A DNA stretch of 64,000 bases from Squalus acanthias (Eukaryota): NCBI GenBank assembly GCA_030390025.1, contig CM059432.1:47184001-47248000 (forward strand), in the 5' to 3' direction. How positions within the stretch are numbered: the stretch's first letter is position 1; the number at the start of each line of letters is the position of its first letter. The notes under the pieces were generated by a model. The model did not search any database and was not told where the DNA came from. It was given only the letters and a program-made list of their open reading frames with translations. The position numbers and the translations under genes were made by a program. Below, piece after piece: positions 1-12,181 of the stretch.

Positions 1-75
1 CCAATGTCCCAGGAATCTGAAGCCCTTCCTCCTGCACCATCTCTCCAGCCACACATTCATCTGCTCTATCCTGAA
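1..75 (-). mobile_element. CR1 LINE ORF1 remnant, cut by the window edge
   Basis: Resembles 20665-20735, which lies inside the CR1 esterase ORF1 (ccaatgtcccaggaat..gaa.ccct..c..cttgcacca). Confidence 0.6.
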
Positions 76-513
76 ATATTTTACTTTCTTTCTTACTGTT
101 GGCCAAAACTCCCACTTTTGTTTCATCAGCAAATTTCAAGACTGTGTTCCCTAAGTCTAAATCATCCCCCCTGCCCCTATGGGAACACTGCTGGCCACTT
201 TTTCCCTGCACACCACATGCAAATGGTGGCCGAAAGGGTAGGGCCCAGGTCACCAAAGGATTTTCCTCCCAATGCTAGCCAGGCCTACTGGCACCTTCTC
301 TATCCTGGTCACAGGAGGCAGCAGTAAATGGACCAGACAGAAGTAATAGTCCTGGGTTCCCCCCAATGTAGGGAGAGGGCTTTGTAACAACCTCCTCTCC
401 CTCCAATCTGAGCACCAGTGACACCTATGCAGGCCTTGATCTCTGCCGAGGCATACAAGGCTGCAGCTCCCTCGGTCTTTACAGTTTGGAGCCATGTGCT
501 AATTTGAGAAACA

Positions 514-3063
514 ACAACAACAATAACTTGTATTTATATAGCGCCTTTAACGTAGTAAAACGTCCCAAAGCGCTTCACAGGAGTGTTATAAGACAAAAAA
601 TTGACACCGAGCCACATAAGAAATTAGGGCAGATGACCAAAAGCTTGCCAATGAGATAGGTTTTAAGAAGCATCTTAAAGGAGGAAAGAGAGGCGGAGAG
701 GTTTAGGGAGGGAGTTCCAGAGTCTAGGCAGCTGAAGGCACGGTCACCAATGGTGGAGCGATTATAATCAGGGATGCTCAAGAGGGGGGTTGTGGGGCTG
801 AAAGAGATTACAGAGATAGGGAGGGGCGAGGCCATGGAGGGATTTGAGAATTTTGAAATCAAGGCGTTGATTAACCAGAAGCCAATGTAGGTCAGCGAGC
901 ACAGGGGTGATGGGTGAACGGGACTTGATACGAGTTAGGACACGGGCAGCCGAGTTTTGAATGACCTCAAGTTTACGTAGGATGGAATGTGGGAGGCCAG
1001 CCAGGAGTGCGTTGGAATAGTCAAGTCTAGAGGTAACAAAGGCATGGATGAGGGTTTCAGCAATGGATGAGCTGAGGCAAGGGCGGAGACGGGCGATATT
1101 CCGGAGGTGGAAATAGGCGGTCTTAGTTATGCCACGGATATGTGGTCGGAAGCTCATTTCAGGGTCAAATATAACACCAAGGTTTCAACAGTCTGGTTCA
1201 GCCTCAGACAGATGCTAGAGAGAGGGATGGATTTGGTGACTAGGGAAAGGAGTTTGTGGCGGGGCCCAAAGACAATGGCTTCGGTCTTCCCAATATTTAA
1301 TTGGAGAAAATTTCTGCTCATCAAGTGCTGGATGTCGGATAAGCAGTGTGACAATTTAGAGACCATGGAGGGGTCAAGAGGTAGTGGTGAGGTAGAGTTG
1401 GGTGTCGTCAGCGTACATGTGGAAACTGACACTGTGTTTTTGGATGATGTCGCCAAGGGGCAGCATATAGATGAGAAATAGGAGGGAGCCAAGGATAGAT
1501 CCTTGGGGAACCCCAGAGGTAATGATGCAGGAGTGGGAAGAGAAGCCATTGCAAGTGATTTTCTGGCTACGATTAGCTAGATAAGAATGGAACCAGGCGA
1601 GTGCAGTCCCACCCAGCTGAATGACGGTGGAGAGGCGTTGGAGGAGGATGGAGCGGTCAGCCATGTCAAAGGCTGCAGACAGGTCGAGAAGGATGACGAG
1701 GGATCGTTTACCTTCATCACAGTCACAAAGGATGTCATTTCTGACTTTGATGAGAGCCGTTTCGGTACTGTGGCAGGGGCGGAAACCAGATTGGAGGGAT
1801 TCAAACATGGACTTCCGGGAAAGATGGACACGGATTTGGGTGGTGACAACACAGTCAAGGACTTTGGAGAGGAAAGGGAGGTTGGAGATGGGGCGGTAGT
1901 TTGCAAAGACGGAGGGGTCAATGTTTGTTTTTTGAGAAGAGGGGTGATGACAGCAGATTTGAGGGAGAGGGGGACAGTACCTGCGGAGAGTGAACCGTTA
2001 ACAATGTCAGCTAACATGGGAGCCAGAAAACGAAGTTGGGTGGTCAGCAGTTTAGTGGGAATAGGGTCGAGGGAGCAGAAAGTGGGTCTCATGGACAAGA
2101 TGAGCGTGGAGAGGTCCAGAGGGAAGATTGGAGTGAAACTGGAGAAAGATGTGAGTTCAGGGCTAGGGCAGGGGGGAACCTTAGAGGAAGTTTGGCCTGG
2201 TAGGCTTGGGGAAGGAAGGGAAGTGACAGGGGCAGCTGATCAGATCGTCTCAATCTTAGAGACAAAGAAGTCCATGAGCTCCTTGCACTTGTTGTTGGAG
2301 GTGAGTGTGGAGGAGACGGGGGGAGGGGTTAAGAAGACAGTTAGCAGTAGAAAATAGTAGCCAGGGGTTATCTTTGCATTCCAGAATGATCCTGGAATAG
2401 TGAGCAGTTTTGGCAGACAAGAATAGGGCCTGATAATGCTTTATGTGGTCCAGCCAGATCTGGCGGTGAATGGCTAAACCAGTTGTCCGCCATATTCGTT
2501 CAAGTCTGCGTCCCTTGGACTTGAGGGAGCAAAGATGTGGACCGTACCAGGGGGAACGGCTAGGGTGAGAGAGAGTAATGGTTTTAATAGGAACTAGGGC
2601 ATCAAATGTGATGGTGAGGGTATGGTTGAGCTGCAGAAATGTCATGGTGAATGGAGGGCCAATGGCTGGACAGTTGGGATTTCGTAAGTGCAGTTATAAG
2701 AGAGTTGGGAGAGAGTTTTTTCCAGGGGCGACACAGAAGGAAGTAGGGTTGGGTGGGGGAAGGGGGATGTGGGTGGAAAGCAATACAAGGAAGTGGTCAG
2801 AGATGGCCTTATCTTCGATTGACACGGTGGGAGTAGCGAGGCCACAAGAGATGGCAAAGTCAAGGGAGTGGCCGTGAATATGGGTTGGGGAGTTCACATG
2901 GAGCGAGAGATTAAGGGAGGATAGGAGGGTAGTGAACTCAGAGGAGAGAGAGCATGATGAATTGAGATGGAGGTTGAAATCACCGAGGATGAGAAGTCGC
3001 TCGGTGCAGAGGCTGAGGGAGGAAAGCAGCGAGGATATCTCGGTGATAAAATTTTTATCGTAC
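514..3063 (-). mobile_element. L2-clade LINE, 5'-truncated, with frameshifted EN-RT ORF2
   Basis: Minus-strand pieces carry EN motifs (LILGDFNLH, SDHFLV) and RT motifs (QSGFRPCHSTETAL, DLSAAFD, GVPQGSILG, YADDTQLY), plus the C-terminal SRLDYSNALL and LHWL motifs. (TTG)n tail. 10-bp TSD TTGAGAAACA at 504-513 and 3064-3073. Confidence 0.93.
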
Positions 3064-4265
3064 TTGAGAAACACCTATATCAGTTACATTTTTGGAACAT
3101 ATACCCATCCTAGCAGGAGATGGATGGAAAACCCCAATTTATTGAGGTGCATCAATTCCAGGTTGCTTCATTTCTGTTGACACAAGCCTCCTGGTTTTCA
3201 GTCAGCTGTGTGATAAAGGGGGGTGTTGTGAAGCACATAGTCCATCACCCTATTTATTACCTCATGGATCTTCAGCATTTGCTCTTTACTGCCCTTTTAA
3301 TTCTGTCCCCGGTTCTCCGGGTACTGCAGTGGGTGCCAGCATTTGCCTTGTGGCCAATGGCGGACTCCCTCTTCGATAATGAGAATCCCATTGGGAGCCT
3401 GCCATACATATTCAAGGAGCCCTGACTAAGGGAAATGGATCAGAGCTGGACCGGACTTATAGGGGCGAGCGGAAGTCCTGCCCTGCCAGAATTCTGACAG
3501 ATAATCCCAGCCACTGTGTCAAGTGAAAACTGTTGCTTTGTGTGCTATGCATTTACAGAATGCTATGACTACACCTTTGCTATTATTTTAAGATTCTCCA
3601 CAGGACCTTCATGTACACTGCCTTAAGCAGTCTCCTTGGATATAGAGAAATCTCCCTTGAAAGAGAGAAACCTTTTGACAGTGTTGAATGACCCTATTTA
3701 TTTTACAGGCCCTCTCAGGTGAGTTTTGGCTCAAATTAAATCTTTGAGGTACCACCACTTCAATCTCCTGTCAGTATTTATAGTATTTTTTCATCCACTT
3801 GCACTGCTGAACATTTATCTTTCCTGTACCCTTACACATCTTTCATTATCTGTGTGACAAGGTTAGCTTTTTCAGTTGATTCTGAGAATGCTATTAGGAA
3901 AAAAAAGTTCTACTATTCTTGGATTTATTGCTGTTGTAATTCTCTTTCCTAAAAGAATTGATGCTCCATTATTAAAGAGTTAAGTTAAAGCAAAAAGATG
4001 ACTGCAGCAAGAATCTTCATGTGGTACTTCACTTCATGAATGGAAAGGGAGCAGAGCCAGGGCAAAATGCATTTAATGTACCTAGTACCATCAATAGTGC
4101 ACTATTGTTTCTTCCATTGGTCTTGATGGCACCACAAAACCATCCTCCAAGCACAGCATTACTAATACAAAAGCAAAATACTGCGGATGCTGGAAATCTG
4201 AAATAAAAACAGAAAATGCTGGAAATACTCAGCTGGTCAGGCAGCATCTGTGGAGAGAGAAACAG

Positions 4266-4302
4266 AGTTAACGTTTCAGGTCGATGACCCTTCGTCAGAA
4301 CT
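4266..4302 (-). ncRNA. Minimal hammerhead ribozyme motif in the PLE pseudo-LTR
   Basis: Minus strand reads AGTT-CTGACGA-AGGGTC ATC GACCT-GAAACGTT-AACT: CUGANGA and GAAA boxes, stem I (AGTT/AACT), stem II and a palindromic helix III (AACGTT). Confidence 0.8.
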
Positions 4303-4824
4303 GGAAAAAGCTGGAGATGGAACAAGTTTTTAAGCAAGTGCAGGGGCAGGGAAAAGGGGGAGGGGAGGAAAGAACAAAAGGGAAGGTCTGTGATAGGATG
4401 GAAGGCAGGACAGATTAAGAGATATTAAGAGAGATTAAGAGATGGTGCAAGGCAAAACGAGATGGTAATGGGACAAATTAAGAAACAAAAGATGGCTCTA
4501 GATGAAGTGTAAATGGCACTGACAGAATGAAAGACAGTTGCCATGTGGGAGAGAGAAAAAAATAATAAAATAAATGGAAAAAAAGGATAGGGACAGAGGT
4601 TATGGTCTGAAATTGATGAACTCTATGTTGAGTCCAGAAGGCTGTAAAGTGCCTAATCGAAAGATGAGGTGCTGTTCCTCGAGTTTACGTGAATCTCTCT
4701 TAATGTCTCTTAATCTCTCCTGCCTTCCATCCTATCACAGACCTTCCCTTTTGTTCCTTCCTCCCTCCCCCCTTTCCCTGCCCCTGCACTTGCTTAAAAA
4801 TTTGTTCCATCTCCAGCTTTTTCC

Positions 4825-4861
4825 AGTTCTGACGAAGGGTCATCGACCTGAAATGTTAACT
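4825..4861 (+). ncRNA. Inverted copy of the hammerhead motif with a CpG-type change in helix III
   Basis: AGTT-CTGACGA-AGGGTCATCGACCT-GAAATGTT-AACT. Confidence 0.65.
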
Positions 4862-5813
4862 CTGCTTCTCTACCCACAGATGCTGCCTGACCTGCTGAGT
4901 ATTTCCAGCATTCTCTGTTTTTATTACAGCGTTAATAATGCCTTGCTACCTTTTCTATTTTCATCTGGTTAATATTCTTAAACAGAAACATCTACCATTG
5001 ATAAGGGAAAAATTCTGAAGTAATTTGCCATTTTGAATTTTTGACAGTTTTTGTGGGGACTACATTCTATTTTATAAGAACATAAGAACATAAGACATAA
5101 GAACATAAGAACATAAGAAATAGGAGCAGGAGTAGGTCATTCGGCCCCTCGAGCCTGCTCCGCCATTCAATAAGATCATGGTTGATCTGATCTTGGCCTC
5201 AACTCCACTTCCCTGCCCGCTCCCCATAACCCTTGACTCCCTTAACATTCAAAAATCTGTCTATCTCCACCTTAAATATATTCAATAACCCAGCCTCCAC
5301 AGCTCTCTGAGGAAGAGAATTCCAAAGATTCACGACCTTCTGAGAGAAGAAATTCCTCCTCATTTACAATTTAAAAGAGTGCCCCCTTATTCTGAAATTA
5401 TGCCCCCTAGTTCTAGATTCCCCCACGAGGGGAAACATCCTCCCTGCATTTACCCTGTCAAGCCCCTTCAGAATCTTATATGTTTCAATAAGATCCCCTC
5501 TCATGCTTCTAAACTCCAATGAGTATAGGCCCAACCTGCTCAACCTTTCTTCATAAGACAACCCCTTCATCTCCGGAATCAACCTTGTGAGCCTTCTCTG
5601 AACTGCCTCCAATGCAAGTATATCCTTCCTTAAATAAGGAGACCAAAACTGCACGCAGTACTCCAGGTGTGATCTCACCAACGCCCTGTACAGTTGTAAC
5701 AGGACTTCCCTACTTTTATACTCCATTCCCTTTGCAATAAAGGCCAACATGCCATTTGCCTTCCGAATTACTTGCTGTACCTGCATGCTAACTTTTTGTG
5801 ATTCATGTACAAG

Positions 5814-6952
5814 TGTGAAGGAATAAGCAATATTCAGAAAAATGCACCATTCTATGAAAGAATTCTGGCCTTATTAAAACATGACAAACGGGCTTGAAAA
5901 TCTAAAAACCTAACAATGGAGAAGTTGTATTGTTAACAGCATTCAGGCTATTGGGATAAGATAAGTTGTTGACACTGAATCAATAAACTTATTGAAACAG
6001 GAGGTTGGAGGCTCCTGAAGTCTGAAGCTTTGGAAAGAACACAATGGTACACCCTGTTAAGGTGTTCTAAATTACACTTTGGAAAGAAACACATAAAATT
6101 AAGAAACATATGCCTTCGTAAAAATGATATCAAGTAAAAGAGACACCCGCTGTCAAACCATTTTTGTGTTGAACTTGGAACACCTAGAGGAGAGGAGAGA
6201 CATAATTCTGTGTTACTACCAGCTGAGGTGACTGTAAGAATAGCAGCGGTCAGCAGAAAAATGACTAGAGATAATTAGCTTACATCAGCAGAAAACTTCA
6301 AAGGAAATACCACTGAAAAAGGATATAAATATTGAACTTTCAAATGGGATGATAGTCTCACTGTAAAGGGGCAAAGCGATTCTCAGCTTCAGAGGCAGGC
6401 TCTGTAAGTTTACAACTCTTTGTACCTCGGGGATCAAGGTATTGTACTGTATTTGATTTTGGTGGATATCCTGGAATAAAGACTAAGAACTGTAAAAATG
6501 TAGCGAAGTTAAGATCTGATAATAGAATTGTAAGCTTTCTCTTTTTGGAACTGTTAATGTTGCGATTGAAACACCTACTGTACTTATATGTCGGTTCTTT
6601 AATAAATCTATATATTTTTAAAATTGTCTCACATAGTACTTCTGTATCAAACTTGCGAACTCAATCTCTGTACACTCTTTGGTGAGAAGTTGCAGAATTC
6701 TGGGGGAGTTTTCCAGACCCTCATAATATCCGAAGGTTACAGTCTAGCTAAACTTATTAAAAGTGCTATCTGGAGGACGGTAACATCTTCAGGTTGTTCC
6801 TTTCCTTTAGGGAGAGATGGTCCAGACCTTTAGACCCAATTAAGCATCTTTAGGATTCGGCTACCTCAAACTTTAGTTGAAAGTGAACGTCTGGGGAATA
6901 CGCCTGATCCGGGGTAGCCCTAAAGGGGCTAGGACTAGTAATAATCCCTTCA
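5814..6952 (+). mobile_element. Probable solo LTR (about 1.14 kb) inserted into CR1
   Basis: Ends are TG(TGAAGG)...(CCTT)CA. 4-bp TSD CAAG/CAAT. Removing it restores the CR1 RDLGVLVHE codons. No ORF. AATAAA at 6601. Orientation is tentative. Confidence 0.7.
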
Positions 6953-8030
6953 CAATGACCCCCCAGATCCCTCTGTACCTCAGCATTTTGTAATGTCTCC
7001 CCATTTAAATAATAATTTGCTTTTTTATTTTTCCTACCAAAGTGGATAACCTCGCATTTTCCCACATTAAACTCCATCTGCCAGATTTTTGCCCACTTAC
7101 TTAAGCTATCTATATCCCTTTGGAGATTCTTTGCGTCCTCCACACAATTTGCTTTCCCACCTATCTTTGTATCATCAGCAAATTTGGCTGCATTACACTC
7201 AGTCCCTTCATCCAAGTCATTAATATAGATTGTAAATAGTTGAGGCCCCAGCACCGATCCCTGCGGCACCTCACTAGTTACAGTTTGCCAACCTGAAAAT
7301 GACCCATTCATCCCAACTCCCTGTTTTCTGTTAGTTAGCCAATCCTCTATCCATGCTAATATATTACCCCCAACCCCGTGAGCTCTTATCTTGTGTAGTA
7401 ACCTTTTATGTGGCACCTTATCAAATACCTTCTGGAAATCCAAATACACAACATCTATTGGTTCCCCTTTATCCACCCTGCTCGTTACATCCTCAAAGAA
7501 TTCCAGTAAATTTGTCAAACATGATTTCCCTTTCATAAAACCATGCTGACTCTGCTTGACTATATTATGATTTTCTAAATGTCCTGCTATCACTTCATTA
7601 ATGATGGACTCCAGCATTTTCCCAATGACAGATGTTTGGCTAACTGGTCAATAGTTGCCTGCTTTCTGTCTCCCTCCTTTCTTAAATAGAGGAGTGTTAC
7701 ATTTGCGGTTTTCCAGTCTGCTGGGACCTCTCCAGAATCCAGGGAATTTTGGTAGATTACAACCAATGCATCCATTATCTCTGCAGCCACCTCTTTTAAG
7801 ACTCTAGGATGCAGGGTCCAGGGGACTTGTCCACCTTTAGTCCCATTAGTTTGCCTAGTACTTTCTCTCTCGTGATAGTGATTGTCTTAAGTCCCCCCCA
7901 CCCCAATAGCTCCTTGATTATCCATTATTGGGATGCTTTTAGTGTATTCTACCATGAAGACCAATACAAAATATTTGTTCAAGGTCTCCGCCATTTTCCT
8001 GTTTCCCATTATTAATTCCCCAGACTCATC

Positions 8031-9412
8031 CTGACATCGGTAGTGGGGAAAATGCTAGAGTCCATTATAAAGGATGTAATAGCTGAGCACTTGAAAAACA
8101 GTGACAGGATCGGACAAAGTCAACATGGAGTTACAAAAGGTAAATCGTGCTTGACTAATCTACTGGAATTTTTTGAGGATGTAACTGGGAAAATAGATAA
8201 GGGAGAACCAGTATATGTGGTGTATTTGGACTTTCAAAAGGCTTTCAATAAGGTCCCGCATAAGAGATTAGCGTGTAAAGTTAAGGCACATGGGATTGGG
8301 GGCAAGGTATTGACTTGGATAGAGAACTGGTTGGCGGACAGAAAGCAGAGAGTAGGAATTAATGGGTCTTTTTCCGAGTGGCAAGCAGTGACTAGTGGGG
8401 TACCGCAGGGATCGGTCCTTGGACCCCAGCTATTCACAATATACATTAATGATCTAGATAAGGGAACTAAATGTAATATCTCCAAGTTTGCAGATGACAC
8501 AAAGCTGGGTGGGAGTGTGTGCTGCGAGGAGGATACCGAGAAACTCCAGGATGATTTGGACAGGTTGGGTGAGTGGGCAGAAGCGTGGCAGATGCAATAT
8601 AACGTGGATAAATGTGAGGTTATCTACTTTGGTGTCAAAAACAGAAAGGCAGACTATTATCTGAATGGAAATAGATTGGGAGAAGGGGAAGTGCAACGAG
8701 ACCTGGGTGTCCTTGTGCACCAGTCGCTGAAAGTAAGCATGCAGGTGCAGCAGGCGGTGAAGAAGGCAAATGGTATGTTGGCCTTCATAGCGAAAGGGTT
8801 TGAGTACAGGAACAGGGATGTCCTGCTGCAGTTGTACAAGTCTTGGTGAGACCACACCGTGAGTACTGTGTGCAGTTTTGGTCGCCTTATCTGAGGAAGG
8901 ATGTTCTTGCCATGGAAGGAGTTCAGCGAAGATTCACAAGGTTGATACCTGGGATGGCAGGAATGACATATGAGGAGAGATTGGGACGATTGGGCTTATA
9001 CTCACTGGAGTATAGAAGAATGAGAGGGGATCTCATCGAAACATATAAAATTCTGACAGGTCTGGACAACCTAGATGCAGGAAGAATGTTCCCGATGGTC
9101 AGAGAGTCCAGAACCAGGGGTCATAATCTAAGGATAACGGGTAAGCCATTTAGGACAGAAATGAGGAAGAATTTCTTCACCCAGAGAGTGGTGAACCTGT
9201 GGAATTATCTACCACAGAAGGTAGTTGAGGCCAAGTCATTAAATATATTCAAGAATGAGTTAGACATATTTCTTAAAGCTATCAAGGGATATGGGGAGAA
9301 GGCAGGTACAGGGTACTGAGTTTGGATGATCAGCCATGATCTCATCGAATGGCGGAGCAGGCTCGAGGGGCCGAATGGCCTACTCCTGCTCCTATCTTCT
9401 ATGTTTCTATGT
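8031..9412 (+). mobile_element. CR1 LINE 3' part (family B), nested antisense in host A
   Basis: ORF2 pieces 8043-8849 and 8843-9319 (RT with FADD; C-terminal FFTQRVVNLWN). 3' tail ttctatgt. Short duplication ATCCT at 8028-8032 and 9413-9417. Confidence 0.92.
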
Positions 9413-9679
9413 ATCCTCTAGGGGACCAATGTTTACTTTAGCTACTCTCTTCCTTTTTATATACCTGTAGAAGCTCTTACTGTCTGTTTTTATATTTCTT
9501 GCTAGCTTACTCTCATAAGCTATCTTCTCTCTCTTGATCATTGTTTTAGTCGTCCTTTGCTGCTTTTTAAAAATTTAAAAATTTCCCAATCCTCTGGCCT
9601 TGTGCAATAATGGTGTCAGTATAAAACAAACTCGCAGAATCCATAAATAATAGGATACATATCCACTTAATGCTATATC

Positions 9680-10124
9680 ATATTGTCCCAATGTTCCGAT
9701 TGCCCCTGAACTGATCAACACCCCCACCCCCTGATCAACCCCCCCGCCCCCCCACGACCCATCCCAAAGTTCCAAACGTCCCGTCCCCATTGGCCCTTGT
9801 CCCGCTGTCCCCATTCCAATCATCACCCCCCTGGTCACCTGATTAACCCTCTTCAGGATCATTCCCTTCTCTCCCAGTTCGACTCCTCACTCCTGGTTGC
9901 CACCAACCCCCCTCCCCCTCCCCCACTCCCCATCGTTAAAACCTACCTGCAGGCCACTGGCATGGCCATAATTCCAGAGGTCTTCACCCACAAGCTGCCT
10001 AGGGACACCCAGCAGGTACCTGTAGCTGTTGTTAATGAGGCTCAAAGCCCAATATCTTGTTGGACCTAGGGCCTACCTGTTCCAAGTTCACTTCGGCAAG
10101 CTGAGATAAACCAATTTCTAGGCC
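9680..10124. mobile_element. Degenerate Harbinger-type MITE remnant
   Basis: C-rich interior like 62700-63120. Ends in AATTTCTAGGCC, matching the TIR at 27725-27736. Confidence 0.35.
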
Positions 10125-10299
10125 AAAGATTAAATCTTTTCATCTGGTTATGAGGCACAATGCTACATGAGCAAAGAATTTTTATTACATCAATTCCTTT
10201 CATTCACTTCCAACAGTATTGGTACTAGGTCACAAGAAAAATAAAACAGTTTCAAATTCTCAGACCCAAATCCTTGCAAGATTTTTTCCCCTCCAAAAA

Positions 10300-10600
10300 A
10301 TATTGAGCTAATAGCACCTTTACTGTTGAATCAGAAGATTGTGGGTTCAGGCCCCATTCCAAGATTCAAGCATATAATTTAAATTGACTATGCATTGTTG
10401 GAGGTACTTCCCTTCAGATTAGATGTCAAACGAAGGCCCTGTCTGTTCAACTAGAGGCTCTCTTGTACTATTTGAAAAAGGAAGTTCTCCTGGGGCCTTG
10501 CTAACCTTTCTCCTTCAGAGTAATTGGTCTTTCACCTCATTACTATTTGTGGGATTTTACAGTGTGCAAAATGGCTGCCACATTTGCCTACATAACAACA
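10300..10600 (+). mobile_element. Old, degenerate Deu-domain SINE
   Basis: Patchy similarity to 31664-32122 (tcagaag.ttgtgggttc, ggccctgtctg, gtgcaaa.tggctgcc, cat.acaaca). Confidence 0.65.
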
Positions 10601-12181
10601 ATAGTTTATTGTATGTGAAATTCTTATGAGATTTGGTACATATATGGAAGTCTAGATGAATGGCGCCTAGATAGTAAGTGTTGACCATGGAACCCATCAC
10701 AGCCACGCCAAACCAAATTGTATCCTCACCATGTGTCACCACATACTCCCAGCACTAGCAGCTAGTTAGTGCTCAAGTGTGTGAAGCCTTGTCAATTTAT
10801 CCCGTCTTAGCTCTAAGGTGCTAAGGCCAATTATACTGCCCCGCTGCTGCTTGAGAGCAGCTAATTCAGTAATAGCAAGGGTCAAAAAAGGGGACCTTCA
10901 CCATCTCTATAGCTCAGAGCCACAATAGCTAATTTTCCCTAATACCTGCAAGGACCCTTAATAAGAGATTGCGCTCCAGGATTTGCCATTCTATAGCCCT
11001 AGATATATATTGATTAATGATCTGACCTAGAAGATGATAAAGAAGGACTCACGGAACTGAATTTGTTTTAATTTGAGAAACAAAGGCCAGGAAAGGTCAT
11101 GATCTAAGTTTAAACTACTGAGAGTTATAGATAATGCAGATATAACATGAACTGTGAGCGCAGTATTGGAGGGCACAAGTGCAAAATTAACAGACCTCAA
11201 CAAAATGAGTTACTAGAAGAATCTTTTTCACACACAACAGCAGGCAAATTAAACTGTGCTGTGTCGGTTACTCCTCCAAAACCAGAATTGGATAAATATC
11301 TGTTTAGGAAAACAACTACCTTAAGTAGAGATAGAGATGCGCAAATATTCAATGGAAAATTATGGCTCCTGCGTGACTGGAATCATGGAAATATTATCTG
11401 TAAAACACAATGGATAGGCTTCAAACATGCATAAGTATAGAGAGATATTGCAGCAAAAGAAAAATACTGCAGCTGCTGGATAGATTTTATAGCTTTGCTT
11501 GACTATCTTTGAGGGTCAGGAAGAAATCTTTGCTGAATTTCTCCTTTGGGTAGAGCCCACGAAAGGGCAAATTGTGCATAGTCCATGGAAGGAATGGGTT
11601 TGATGAGCTGAATTCTGTTTTTTAGTTCTATGCTATCTTATGCTCCTATGGTTAGTTGCAGTGCATAGTCATGGGTTAGACATCCCTCTATTTTAAACTC
11701 AACACGTCCTGATTTGCTAAGTCTTTGTTATTGAATAAGGGTTCAATAAAATTAGAGTTCATTTGATTACCTTTGAAGGAATATTTATTCAGAACTTTTA
11801 TTAAGAGGGAGGCTAAAGTCTGTAAGGGAGCAGCTTGCATATAATCTGTGGGAGGATTGCATATACTCTGTGATATTTTCTTATACCATTCTTTCTTATA
11901 TTTTTATCATTATTGAATTTTCATCTCCGTTAAATCATTTCCCTTTTTTTAGGTTCCTTTTGTGACATTTGCAATTCCTCTGGCGTCTGCCTTTACCACT
12001 TGACATCATTAGGACTAATCCAGAGCTGCCGAAACAAAACTGGAAGATCAGTTCTGATTGGTGTCTCATCCACGTCAATTATTTCCCAAGCTTAATGCCC
12101 TGGACATGTACTTAACTGATGTTGACTCTGATGTGTGCTAAAGTAGCTTTGAGCATTGTCTCATATAGAATTTTGTCTCAT

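Larger units (their letters stand above)
4167..4925 (-). mobile_element. Penelope-like element (family P1), 5'-truncated, with inverted pseudo-LTR
   Basis: Minus strand 4602-4690 reads RKLEEQHLIFRLGTLQPSGLNIEFINFRP*, the GIY-YIG endonuclease C-terminus. Inverted arms at about 4202-4436 and 4692-4925. Degenerate TSD acagcattactaat / acagcgttaataat. Confidence 0.88.
5074..9600 (-). mobile_element. CR1 LINE (host copy A), interrupted by a solo LTR and by a second CR1
   Basis: (TGTTCTTA)n tail at 5074-5118. ORF2 pieces at 5364-5786, 6955-7617 ([25 protein letters not shown]) and 7590-7790. Sequence resumes at 9413 after the nested insertion. Confidence 0.9.

Noticed and set aside
1587..2357. 256-aa plus-strand ORF and similar antisense ORFs (for example 20873-21517 and 56886-57374)
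   Set aside because: These are shadow frames opposite LINE coding sequence with no independent motifs.
3701..3726. 10-nt plus-strand microexon (ttttacag|GCCCTCTCAG|gtgagt)
   Set aside because: Too short to evaluate and expected by chance. No supporting neighbours.
11000..11400. Very old CR1-like 3' remnant; also MITE-like GC patches at about 120-500, 3190-3515, 34350-34700 and 41570-41800
   Set aside because: Too degenerate to give defensible boundaries or a family by eye.
11953..12095. Plus-strand acceptor followed by a short open frame
   Set aside because: No convincing donor and no recognisable peptide.
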